Shown here: positions 42,001-56,090 of the stretch, in pieces | Layout of the letters: every line of letters starts with the position of its first letter | Numbering within the stretch: the stretch's first letter is position 1 | Source of the DNA: the human T2T-CHM13v2.0 reference genome, Homo sapiens | Reading direction: 5' to 3' (one strand) | Assembly (NCBI RefSeq): GCF_009914755.1 | Contig: NC_060945.1 | Length of the DNA: 64,000 nucleotides | Position numbers and translations under genes: made by a program | Notes under the pieces: generated by a model | Seen by the model: only the letters and a program-made list of their open reading frames with translations | The model's database searches: none | What the model was told of the DNA's origin: nothing

Positions 42001-45000
42001 AGTAGAATGGAATGGAATGGAGTGGAATGGAATGGAATGGAATGCAGTGGAATTTAATGGAACGGAATCAACCCGAATGGAATGGAACGGAATGGAGTGG
42101 AAAGGAATGGAATGGAATGGAATGGAATGGAATGGAATGGAATGGAATGGAATCAACCCAAGTGCAATGGAATGGAATGGAATGCAATGGTATCAACCCG
42201 AGTGGAATGGAAAGGAAAGGAATGAAATGAAATGGAATGGAAAGGAATGGAATGGAATCAAACCGAATGGAATGGAATGGAATGGAATGGAAAGTAAAGA
42301 ATGGAATGGAATGGAATGGATTGGTATGGAATGGTATGGAATCAACCCGAGTGGAATGGAATGGACAGGAATGGAATAGAATGGAATGGGATGGATTGGA
42401 ATGCAATGGAATGGAAAGGAATGGTACGGAATGGAACGGAATGGAATAGAATGAACACGAATGGAATGGAATGGAAAGGAATGGATTGGAATGGAATGGA
42501 ATGGAATCAACCCGAGTGGAACGGAATGTAATGAAATGGAGTGGAATGGAAAGGAATGGAATGGAATGGAATGAACACGAATGGAATGGAATGGAATGGA
42601 ATGGAATGGAATGGAATGGTATGGAATCAACCCGAGTGGAATGGAATGGACAGGAATGGAATAGAATGGAATGGGATGGAATGGAATGCAATGGAATGGA
42701 ATGGAATAGAAAGGAATGGTACGGAATGGAACGGAATGGAATAGAATGAACACGAATGGAATGGAATGGAAAGGAATGGATTGGAATGGAATGGAATGGA
42801 ATCAACCCGAGTGGAACGGAATGTAATGGAATGGAGTGGAATGGAATGGAATGGAATGGAATGGAATGGAATGGAATGTAATGCAATGGAATCAACACGA
42901 ATGGAATGGAATGGCATGGAATGGAAGGGAATGGAATGAAATGGAATCAACCCTAGTGGAATGGAATGGAATGGAGTTTAATGGAATGGAATAGAATAGA
43001 TTGGTATGGAATCAACCGGAGAGGAATGGTATGGAATGGAATGCAATGGAATGGAATGCAATGCAACAAAATGGAATGGAATGGAATGGTATCAACACGA
43101 GTGGAAGGGAATGGAATGGAATGGAATCAACCGGAGTGGAATGGAATGGAATGGAGTGGAATGGAATGGAATGCAATGAAATGGAAAGGAACGGAATTTA
43201 ATCACCCCGAGTGGAATGGAATAGAATGGAATGGAAAGGAATGGAATCAACCCGAGTGGAATGGAATGGAATGGAATGGAATGGAATGGAATGGAATGGA
43301 ATGGAATCAACCTGAGTGGAATGGAATGGAATGGAATGGAATGGAATGGAATGGAATGGAATGGAATGGAATGAACACGAGTGGAATGGAATAGAATGAA
43401 ATGCAATGGAATGAAATGGAATGCAATGGAATGGAATGGAATGCAAGGCATTGGAATCAACTGGAATGGAATGGAATGCAATGGAATGGAATGGAATGCA
43501 ATGGAATCAACCAGAGTGGAAAGGAATAGAATGGAATGGATTATAATGCAATGGAATGGAATCAATCCTGGTGCAATGGAACGGAATGGCATGGAGTGGA
43601 ATGGAACGGAATGGAATGGAATGGAATGGAATGGAATGGAATGGAATGGAAAGGAATCAACCCGAAAGGAATGGAATGGAACGAAATGGAAAGGAATGGA
43701 ATGCAATGGATTGGAATGGAATGAAATGGATTCAACCCGAATTGAATGGAATGGAATGTTATATAATCAACACGAGTGGAATGAAATGAATGGAAAGAAA
43801 TGGAATGGAATGCAATGGAATGGAATGGAAAGGAATGGAATGGAATCAACCCGAATGGAATTGAATGGAAAGGAATGGAATGGAATGGATTAGAATGGAA
43901 TGGAATGGAATGGAATGGAATGGAATGGAGTGGAATGGAATGGAATGGAATCATCCCGAGTGGAATGGAATGGTATGGAATGCAATGGAATGGAATGGAA
44001 CAGAACGGAAAGGAATGGAATGGAATAGATTGAATCTGAGAGGAATTGACTGGAGTGGAATGGATGGAAATGGAATGCAAGGGATTCAACCCAGTTGAAT
44101 GTCATGGATTGGAAAGGAGTGGAATGGAATGGAATGGAAAGGAGTGGAATGGAATGGAATGGAATCAACCCGAATGGAATGGAACGGAATGGAATGGAAA
44201 GGAAAGGAATGGAATGGAATGGAATGGAATGGAATGGAATGGAATCAACCTGAATAGGATGGAATGGAATGGAATGGAATGGAATACAATGGAATGCTAT
44301 GGAATAAACCCGAGTGTAATGGAAATGCATGGAATGGAATGGAATGGAATGGAATGGAATGGAATCAACCCAAGTGCAATGGAATGGAATGGAATGCAAC
44401 GGAATCAACCCGAGTGGAATGGAATGGACAGGAATGGAATAGAATGGAATGGGATGGAATGGAATGCAACGGAATGGAAAGAATGGTATGGAATGGAACG
44501 GAATGGAATAGAATGAACACGAATGGAATGGAATGGAAAGGAATGGATTGGAATGGAATGGAATGGAATCAACCCGAGTGGAACGGAATGTAATGGAATG
44601 GAGTGGAATTGAATGGAGTGGAATGGAATGGAATGGAATCAACACGAATGGAATGGAATGGCATGGAATGGAAGGGAATGGAATGGAATGGAATCAACCC
44701 TAGTGGAATGGAATGGAATGGAGTTTAATGGAATGGAATAGAATAGATTGGTATGGAATCAACCCGAGAGGAATGGTATGGAATGGAATGCAATGGAATG
44801 GAATGGAATGGAATAAAATGGAATGGAATGGAATGAAATCAACCCGAGTGGAATGGAATGGAATGGAATGCAATGGAATGAAGCGGAATATAATGCAATG
44901 GAATGGAAACATCCCGAGTGGAATGGAATGGTATGGAATGCAATGGAACGGAATGGAACAGAACGGAATGGAATGGAACGGAATAGATTGAATCAGAGAG

Positions 45001-48000
45001 GAATTGAATGCAGAGGAATGGATTGGAATGGAATGCAATGGATTCAACCCTAGTTGAATGTCATGGATTGGAAAAGAATGGAATGGAATGGAATGGAATG
45101 GAGTGGAATGGAATGGTGTGGAATCAACACGAATGGAAAGGAACGAAATGGAATGGAATGGAATGGAATGGAATGGAATGGAATGGAATAGAATGGAATG
45201 GAATGGAAACAACACGAATAGAATGGAACGGAATGGAATGGAATGCTGTGGAATGGAATGGAATGGAAAGGAATCAACCCCAGTGGAATGAAATGGAATG
45301 TAATGCAATGGAATGGAGCGAAATCAACCTGAGTCAAATGCAATGGAATGGAATGGAATGGAGTGGAATGGAATGGAATGGAATGGAATGGAACGGAATG
45401 GAATCCAATGGAATCAACTGGAATGGAATAGCACAGAATGGAATGGAATGGAATGGAATCAATCCGGGTGGAATGGAATGGAATGTATGGAGTGGAATGG
45501 AATGGAATGGAATGGAGTGGAATGGAATGGAATGGAAAGCAGTGGAATTTAATTGAAGGGAATCAACCCGAATGGAATGGAACGGAATGGAATGTAAAGG
45601 AATGGAATGGAATGGAATGGAATGGAATGGAATGGAATGGAATCAACCTGAATAGGATGGAATGGAATGGAATGGAATGGAATACAATGGAATGCTATGG
45701 AATAATCCCGAGTGTAATGGAAATGCATGGAATGGAATGGAATGGAATGGAATGGAATCAACCCAAGTGCAATGGAATGGAATGGAATGCAACGGAATCA
45801 ACCCAAGTGGAATGGAATGGACAGGAATGGAATAGAATGGAATGGGATGGAATGGAATGCAATGGAATGGAAAGGAATGGTACGGAATGGAACGGAATGG
45901 AACGGAATGGAATAGAATGAACACGAAAAGAATGGAATGGAAAGGAATGGATTGGAATGGAATGGAATGGAATCAACCCGAGTGGAACGGAATGTAATGG
46001 AATGGAGTGGAATGGAATGGAATGGAATGGAATGGAATCAACACGAATGGAATGAATGGAATGGAATGGAATGGAATGGAATGGAATGGAATGGAATCAA
46101 CCCTAGTGGAATGGAATCGAATGAAGTTTAATGGAATGGAATAGAATAGATTGGTATGGAATCAACCCGAGAGGAATGGTATGGAATGGAATGCAATGGA
46201 ATGGAATGGAATGGAATAAAATGGAACGGAATGGAATGGAATCAACACGAGTGGAAGGGAATGGAATGGAATGGAATCAAAAGGAGTGGAATGGAATGGA
46301 ATGGAGTGGAATGGAATGGAATGCAATGAAATGGAAAGGAACGGAATTTAATCAACCCGAGTGGAATGGAATAGAATGGAATGGAAAGGAATGCAATCAA
46401 CCCGAGAGGAATGGTATGGAATGGGATGCAATGCAATGGAATGGAATGGAATAGAATGGAATGCAATGGAATGGAATCAACCCGAGTGGAAGGGAATGGA
46501 ATGGAATGGAATCAACCGGATTGGAATGGAATGGAATGGAGTGGAATGGAATGAATGCAATGAAATGGAAAGGAATACTATGAAATCAACCCGAGTGTAA
46601 TGGAAATGAACGGAATGGAATGGAATGGAATGGAATGGAATCAAGCCAAGTGCAATGGAATGGAATAGAATGCAACAAAATCAACCTGAGTGGAATGGAA
46701 TAGAAAGGCATGCAATGGAATGGAATGGAAAGCAATGGAATGGAATCAACCGGACTGGAATGGAATGGAATCGAAAGGAATGAATGGAATGGAATGGAAT
46801 GGAAAGGTATGGATTCCACCCGAGTGGAATGGAACGGAATGGAATGGAATGGAGTGGAATGGAAGGCAATGAAATGGAATGGAAAGGAATGGAATGGAAT
46901 GGAATGGAATGCAACGGAACGGAATGGAATTGATTGGCATGGAATGAACCTGAATGGAATAGAATGGAATGGAATGGAATGGAATGAAATGGAATGGAAT
47001 GGAATGGTATGGAATGGAATGGAAACAACACGAATGGAATGGAACGGAAAGGAATGGAATGGAATGCTGTGGAATGGAATGGAATGGAATGAAATAAACA
47101 CGAATAGAATGGAATGGAATGGAATGGAACGGAATGGAATGGAATGGAATGGAATTGAATGGAATGAAATGGAAAGGAACGGAATGGAATTAACCGAGGG
47201 GAACGGAATGGAATGGAAAGGAATCAATCCGAGTGGAATGAAATGGAATGTAATGCAATGGAATGGAGCAGAATCAACCTGACTCGAATGCAATGGAATG
47301 GAATGGATTGGAGTGGAATGGAACGGAAGGTAATGGAATGGAATGGAATGGAATGGAATGGAATGGAATGGAATGGAATCCAACGGATTCAACTGGAATG
47401 GAATAGCATAGAATGGAATGGAATGGAATGAAATCAATCCGGTGGAATGGAATGGAATGTATGGAGTGGAATGGAATGGAATGGAGTGGAATGGAATGGA
47501 ATGGAATGCAGTGGAATTTAATGGAATGTAATCAACCCGAATGGAATGGAATGGAATGGAATGGAAAGGAGTGGAATGGAATGGAATGGAATGGAATGGA
47601 ATGGAATGGAATCAACCCAAATGGGATGGGATGGAATGGAATGGAATGGAATCAACCTGAATGGAATGGAATGGAATGGAATGGAAAGGAATGGAATGGA
47701 ATGGAATGGAATAGAATGGAATCAACCAGAATGGGATGGAATAGAATGGAATGGAATGGAATGGAAAGGAATCCTATTGAATCAACCCGAGTGTAATGGA
47801 AAAGAATGGAATGGAATGGAATGGAATGGAATGCAATGGAATGGAATCAAACCAAGTGCAATGGAATGGAATAGAATGCAACGGAACCAACCCGAGTGGA
47901 ATGGAATAGAAAGGCATGCAATGGAATGGAATGGAAAGCAGTGGAATGGAATCAACCCCACTGGAATGGAATGGAATGGAAAGGAATGAAGGGAATGGAA

Positions 48001-48290
48001 TGGAATGGGAAGGTATGGAATCAACCCGAATGGAATGGAATGGAATGGAATGGAATGGAATGGAATGGAGTCGAATGGAATGGAATGGAATGGAATGGAA
48101 TGGAGTGGAATGGAATGGAGTGGAATGGAAAGGAGTGGAATCGAGTGGAATGGAATGGAATGGAGTGGAATGGAAGGCAATGAAATTTTATGGAATGGAA
48201 TAGAAAGGAACGGAACAGAATGGAATTGAATGGCATGGAAAGGACCCGAATGCAATGGAATGGAATGGAATGGAATGGAATGGAATGGCA
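36020..48290 (+). repeat. ~12.3-kb block, copy B (longest copy; contains an extra ~1.4 kb at ~44.4-45.8 kb)
   Basis: The offset to A jumps from ~10.97 kb to ~12.35 kb after ~44.4 kb (GAATACTATGAAATC 34221/46573; CCAACGGATTC 35043/47380). The next TCGAATACAA is at 48441. Confidence 0.88.
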
Positions 48291-51200
48291 TGGAATCAAC
48301 CCGAATGGAATGGAATGGAATGGAATGGAATGGAATGGAATGGAATGGCATGGAATCAACCCGAGTGGAATGGAATGGAAAGGAATTCAATGGAATGGAA
48401 AGGAATGCAATGGTATGGAATCAACCAGAGTGGAATATTATCGAATACAATGGAATGGAACGGAATGGAATGGAATAAAATGTAATGGAATGGAATGGAA
48501 TCAACCGGAGTGCAATGAAATGGAATGGAATAAAATGGAATGGAATGGAATTAAATGGAAAAGAACGGAATGGAATCAACACGAGTGGAATGGAATGGAA
48601 TGGAATGGAATCAATCCGAGTGGAATGGAATGGAATGGAATGCAATGGAATGAAACGGAATATAATGGAATGGAATGGAAACATCCCGAGTGGAATGGAA
48701 TGGTATGGAATGCAATGGAACGGAATGGAACGGAACGGAATGGAATGGAACGGAATAGATTGAATCAGAGAGGAATTGAATGGAGAGGAATGGAATGGAA
48801 TGGAATGCAATGGATTCAACTCTAGTTGAATATCATGGATTGGAAAGGAATGGAATGGAATGGAATGGAGTGGAATGGAATAGAATCAACTCGAGTGCAA
48901 TGGAATGTAATGGAATGGAGTGGAATGGAATGGAATGCAATGAAATGGAAAGGAATGCTATGGAATCAACCCGAGTGTAATGGAAATGAATGGAATGGAA
49001 TGGAATAGAAAGGAATGAATGGAAAGGAATGAAATGGAATGGAATGGTATGGAATCAACCCGAGTGGAATGGAATGGACTGGAATGGAATAGAATGGAAT
49101 GGAATCGAATGGAATGCAACGGAATCAACCCGAGTAGAATGGAATAGAAAGAAATGGAATGAAATGGAATGGAAAGGAATGGAATGGAATCAACACGAAT
49201 GGAATGGAATGGAATGGAAAGGAATGAATGGAATGGAATGGAATGGAATGGAATGGTAGGGAATCAACACGAGTGGAATGGAATGGAATGGAATGGAATG
49301 GAATGCTATGCAATCAACAGGAGTGTAATGGAAATGAATGGAATGGAATGGAATGGAATGGAATAGAATGGAATAAACCAGAATGGAATGGAATGGAATG
49401 GATTGGAATGGAATGGAATGGATTGGAATGCTATGCAATCAACAGGAGTGTAATGGAAATGAATGGAATGGAATGGAATGGAATGGAATAAACCCAAGTG
49501 CAATGGAATGGAATAGAATGCAATGGAATCAAAAAAAAGTGGAATGGAATAGAAAGGCATGCAATGGAATGGAATGGAAAGCAAAGGAATGGAATCAACC
49601 CGACTGGAATGGAATGGAATGGAAAGGAATGAAGGGAATGGAATGGAATGGAAAGGTATGGAATCAACTCGAGTGGAATGGAATGGAATGGAATGGAATG
49701 GAATGGAATGGAATGGAATGGAATGGAATGGAGTGGAATGGAAGGCAATGCCATGGAATGGAATGGAATGTAATGGAATGGAATGGAACGGAATGGAATT
49801 GAATGGCATGGAATGAACCCGACTGGAATGGAATGCAATGGAATGCAATGGAATGGAATGGAATGGAATGGAATGGAATGGAATGGAATGGAATCAACCA
49901 GAATGGAATGGAATGGAATGGAATGGAGTGGAATGTAATGGAATTGAATGGAATGGAATAGAATGGAATGGAAAGGAATCAACCCGAATTGAATGGAATG
50001 GAATGGAATGGAATGGAATGGAATGGAATGGAATGGAATGGAATGGAATGGAATCAACCCGAGTGGAATGGAATGGAATGGAATTGAATGGAATCAACCT
50101 AAATGGAATGGAATGGAATGGAATGGAAAGGAATGCAATGGAATGGAATGAAATGGAATGGAATAGAATGGAATCAACAAGAATGGGATGGAATAGAATG
50201 GAATGGAATGGAATGGAAAGGAATCCTATTGAATCAACCCGAGTGTAATGGAAAAGAATGGAATGGAATGGAATGGAATGGAATTCAATGGAATGGAATC
50301 AAACCAAGTGCAATGGAATGGAATAGAATGCAACGGAACCAACCCGAGTGGAATGGAATAGAAAGGCATGCAATGGAATGGAATGGAAAGCAGTGGAATG
50401 GAATCAACCCGACTGGAATGGAATGGAATGGAAAGGAATGAAGGGAATGGAATGGAATGGGAAGGTATGGAATCAACCCGAGTGGAATGGAATGGAATGG
50501 AATGGAATGGAATGGAGTGCAATGGAATGGAATGGAATGGAATGGAATGCAGTGGAATGGAATGGAGTGGAATGGAATGGAGTGGAATCGAGTGGAATGG
50601 AATGGAATGGAGTGGAATGGAAGGCAATGAAATTTTATGGAATGGAATAGAAAGCAGCGGAACAGAATGGAATTGAATGGCATGGAATGGACCCGAATGC
50701 AATGGAATGGAATGGAATGGAATGGAATGGAATGGAATGGAATGAAATGGAATGGAATCAACCCGAATGGAATGGAATGGAATGGAATTAAATGGAAAGG
50801 AATGGAATGGAATCAACACGAGTGGAATGGAATGGAATGGAATCAATCCGAGTGGAATGGAATGGAAAGAATGGAATGCAATGGAATGGAATGGAAAGGA
50901 ATGGAATGGAGTGGAATGGAAGGCAAGGCAATGGAATGGAATGGAATGGAACGGAATGGAATTCAATGGCATGGAATGAACTCGTCTGGAATGGAATGCA
51001 ATGGAATGGAATGGAATGGAAAGGAATGGAATGGAATGGAATGGAATCAACCCGAATGCAATGGAATGGAATGGAATGGAGTGGAATGGAATGGAATTGA
51101 ATGGAATGGAATGGAATGGAAAGGAATCAACCCGAATGGAATAGAATGGAATGGAATGGAATGGAATGGAATGGAATGGAATGGAATGGAATGGAATCAA

Positions 51201-54200
51201 CCCGAGTGGAATGGAATGGAATGGAATGGAGTTGAATGGAATGGAATTGAATGGAATGGAATGGAATGGAAAGGAATCAACCCGAATGGAATAGAATGGA
51301 ATGGAATGGAATGGAATGGAATGGAATGGAATGGAATCAACCCGAGTGGAATGGAATGGAATGGAATTCTATGGAATGGAATGGAATGGGATGGTATGGA
51401 ATCAACCTGAATGGAATATTATCGAATGAAATGGAATGGAACGGGACGGTATGGAAGCAACCCGAGTGGAATATTATCGAATGAAATGGAATGGAACGGA
51501 ATGTAATGGAATAAAATGTAATGGAATGGAATGGAATCAACCGGAGTGCAATGGAATGGAATGGAATAAAATGGAATGGAATGGAATTAAATGGAAAGGA
51601 ACGGAATGGAATCAACACGAGTGGAATGGAATGGAATGGAATGGAATGGAATGGAATGGAATGGAATCAATCCGAGTGGAATGGAATGGAATGGAATGCA
51701 ATGGAATGAAACGGAATATAATGGAATGGAATGGAAACATCCCGAGTGGAATGGAATGGTATGGAATGCAATGGAACGGAATGGAACAGAACGGAATGGA
51801 ATGGAACGGAATAGATTGAATCAGAGAGGAATTGAATGGAGAGGAATGGAATGGAATGGAATGCAATAGATTCAACTCTAGTTGAATATCATGGATTGGA
51901 AAGGAATGGAATGGAATGGAATGGAATGGAATGGAATGGAATGGAATGGAGTGGAATGGAATAGAATCAACTCGAGTGCAATGGAATGTAATGGAATGGA
52001 GTGGAATGGAATAGAATGCAATGAAATGGAAAGGAATGCTATGGAATCAACCCGAGTGTAATGGAAATGAATGGAATGGAATGGAATAGAAAGGAATGAA
52101 TGGAATGGAATGGAATGGAATGGAATGGAATGGAATGGAATGGTACGGAATCAACCCGAGTAGAATGGAATGGAAAGAAATGGAATGAAATGGAATGGAA
52201 AGGAATGGAATGGAATCAACACGAATGGAATGGAATGGAATGGAAAGGAATGAATGCAATGGAATGGAATGGAATGGAATGGTAGGGAATCAACCCGAGT
52301 GGAATGGAATGGAATGGAATGGAATGGAATGGAATGGAATGGAATACAGCCGAATGGGATGGAATGCAATGGAATGGAATGGAATGGAATAGAATCAACC
52401 CGAATGGAATGGAACGGAATGGAATGAAAAGGAATGGAATGGAAAGGAATGGAATGGAATAGAATGGAATAAACCAGAATGGAATGGAATGGAATGGATT
52501 GGAATGGAATGGAATGCTATGCAATCAACAGGAGTGTAATGGAAATGAATGGAATGGAATGGAATGGAATGGAATGGAATGGAATGGAATGGAATAAACC
52601 CAAGTGCAATGGAATGGAATAGAATGCAACGGAATCAACCCAAGTGGAATGGAATAGAAAGGCATGCAATGGAATGGAATGGAAAGCAAAGGAATGGAAT
52701 GAACCCGACTGGAATGGAATGGAATGGAAAGGAATGAAGGGAATGAAATGGAATGGAAAGGTATGGAATCAACTCGAGTGGAATGGAATTGAATGGAATG
52801 GAATGGAATGGAATGGAATGGAATGGAATGGAAACAACATGAATAGAATGGAACGGAATGGAATGGAATGCTGTGGAATGGAATGGAATGGAAAGGAATC
52901 AACCCGAGTGGAATGAAATGGAATAGAATGCTGTGGAATGGAATGGAATGGATAGGAATCAACCCGAGTGGAATGAAATGGAATGTAATGCAATGGAATG
53001 GAGCGGAATCAACCTGAGTCAAAGGCAATGGAATGGAATGGAATGGAGTGGAATGGAATGGAATGGAATGGAATGGAAATTAATGGAATGGAATGGAACG
53101 GAATGGAATCCAATGGAATCAACTGGAATGGAATAGCACAGAATGGAATGGAATGGAATGGAATCACTCCGGGTGGAATGGAATGGAATGTATGACGTGG
53201 AATGGAATGGAATGGAGTGGAATGGAATGGAATGGAATGCAGTGGAAATTAAAGGAACGGAATCAACCCGAATGGAATGGAACGGAATGGAATGGAAAGG
53301 AAAGGAATGGAATGGAATGGAATGGAATGGAATGGAATGGAATCAACCTGAATAGGATGGAATGGAATGGAATGGAATGGAATACAATGGAATGCTATGG
53401 AATAAACCCGAGTGTAATGGAAATGCATGGAATGGAATGGAATGGAATGGAATGGAATGGAATGGAATCAACCCAAGTGCAATGGAATGGAATGGAATGC
53501 AACGGAATCAACCCGAGTGGAATGGAATGGACAGGAATGGAATAGAATGGAATGGGATGGAATGGAATGCAACGGAATGGAAAGAATGGTACGGAATGGA
53601 ACGGAATGGAATAGAATGAACACGAATGGAATGGAATGGAAAGGAATGGATTGGAATGGAATGGAATGGAATCAACCCGAGTGGAACGGAATGTAATGGA
53701 ATGGAGTGGAATGGAATGGAATGGAATGGAATCAACACGAATGTAATGGAATGGCATGGAATGGAAGGGAATGGAATGGAATGGAATCAACCCTAGTGGA
53801 ATGGAATGGAATGGAGTTTAATGGAATGGAATAGAATAGATTGGTATGGAATCAACCCGAGAGGAATGGTATGGAATGGAATGCAATGGAATGGAATGGA
53901 ATGGAATAAAATGGAATGGAATGGAATGAAATCAACCCGAGTGGAATGGAATGGAATGGAATGCAATGGAATGAAGCGGAATATAATGCAATGGAATGGA
54001 AACATCCCGAGTGGAATGGAATGGTATGGAATGCAATGGAACGGAATGGAACAGAACGGAATGCAATGGAACGGAATAGATTGAATCAGAGAGGAATTGA
54101 ATGCAGAGGAATGGATTGGAATGGAATGCAATGGATTCAACCCTAGTTGAATGTCATGGATTGGAAAAGAATGGAATGGAATGGAATGGAATGGAATGGA

Positions 54201-56090
54201 GTGGAATGGAATGGTGTGGAATCAACACGAATGGAAAGGAACGAAATGGAATGGAATGGAATGGAATGGAAACAAAACGAATGGAATGGAACGGAATGGA
54301 ATGGAAACAACACGAATAGAATGGAACGGAATGGAATGGAATGCTGTGGAATGGAATGGAATGGAAAGGAATCAACCCCAGTGGAATGAAATGGAATGTA
54401 ATGCAATGGAATGGAGCGAAATCAACCTGAGTCAAATGCAATGGAATGGAATGGATTGGAGTGGAATGGAATGGAATGGAATGGAATGGAATGGAATGGA
54501 ATGGAATCCAATGGAATCAACTGGAATGGAATAGCACAGAATGGAATGGAATGGAATGGAATCAATCCGGGTGGAATGGAATGGAATGTATGGAGTGGAA
54601 TGGAATGGAATGGAATGGAGTGGAATGGAATGGAAAGGAATGCAGTGGAATTTAATGGAAGGGAATCAACCCGAATGGAATGGAACGGAATGGAATGGAA
54701 AGGAATGGAATGGAATGGAATGGAATGGAATGGAATGGAATGGAATCAACCTGAATAGGATGGAATGGAATGGAATGGAATGGAATACAATGGAATGCTA
54801 TGGAATAAACCCGAGTGTAATGGAAATGCATGGAATGGAATGGAATGGAATGGAATGGAATGGAATCAACCCAAGTGCAATGGAATGGAATGGAATGCAA
54901 CGGAATCAACCCAAGTGGAATGGAATGGACAGGAATGGAATAGAATGGAATGGGATGGAATGGAATGCAATGGAATGGAAAGGAATGGTACGGAATGGAA
55001 CGGAATGGAACGGAATGGAATAGAATGAACACGAAAAGAATGGAATGGAAAGGAATGGATTGGAATGGAATGGAATGGAATCAACCCGAGTGGAACGGAA
55101 TGTAATGGAATGGAGTGGAGTGGAATGGAATGGAATGGAATGGAATCAACACGAATGGAATGGAATGGCATGGAATGGAATGGAATGGAATGGAATGGAA
55201 TGGAATGGAATGGAATCAACCCTAGTGGAATGGAATCGAATGGAGTTTAATGGAATGGAATAGAATAGATTGGTATGGAATCAACCCGAGAGGAATGGTA
55301 TGGAATGGAATGCAATGGAATGGAATGGAATGGAATAAAATGGAACGGAATGGAATGGAATCAACGCGAGTGGAAGGGAATGGAATGGAATGGAATCAAA
55401 AGGAGTGGAATGGAATGGAATGGAGTGGAATGGAATGGAATGCAATGAAATGGAAAGGAACGGAATTTAATCAACCCGAGTGGAATGGAATAGAATGGAA
55501 TGGAAAGGAATGCAATCAACCCGAGAGGAATGGTATGGAATGGGATGCAATGCAATGGAATGGAATGGAATAGAATGGAATGCAATGGAATGGAATCAAC
55601 CCGAGTGGAAGGGAATGGAATGGAATGGAATCAACCGGATTGGAATGGAATGGAATGGAGTGGAATGGAATGAATGCAATGAAATGGAAAGGAATACTAT
55701 GAAATCAACCCGAGTGTAATGGAAATGAACGGAATGGAATGGAATGGAATGGAATCAAGCCAAGTGCAATGGAATGGAATAGAATGCAACAAAATCAACC
55801 CGAGTGGAATGGAATAGAAAGGCATGCAATGGAATGGAATGGAAAGCAATGGAATGGAATCAACCCGACTGGAATGGAATGGAATCGAAAGGAATGAATG
55901 GAATGGAATGGAATGGAAAGGTATGGATTCAACCCGAGTGGAATGGAATGGAATGGAGTGGAATGGAAGGCAATGAAATGGAATGGAAAGGAATGGAATG
56001 GAATGGAATGGAATGCAACGGAACGGAATGGAATTGAATGGCATGGAATGAACCCGAATGGAATAGAATGGAATGGAATGGAATGGAATG
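48290..56090 (+). repeat. Block copy C (internally deleted, 3'-truncated)
   Basis: It starts like A/B (TCGAATACAA 48441, A-tract 49531, TCCTATTGA 50224, AATTTTAT ~50631). It lacks the AAATCGAGAG, AAAGTAAAGA and ATCACCCCGA segments. 53.26-56.0 kb matches B 44.16-46.95 kb (GAATACTATG 55692 vs 46573). Confidence 0.8.
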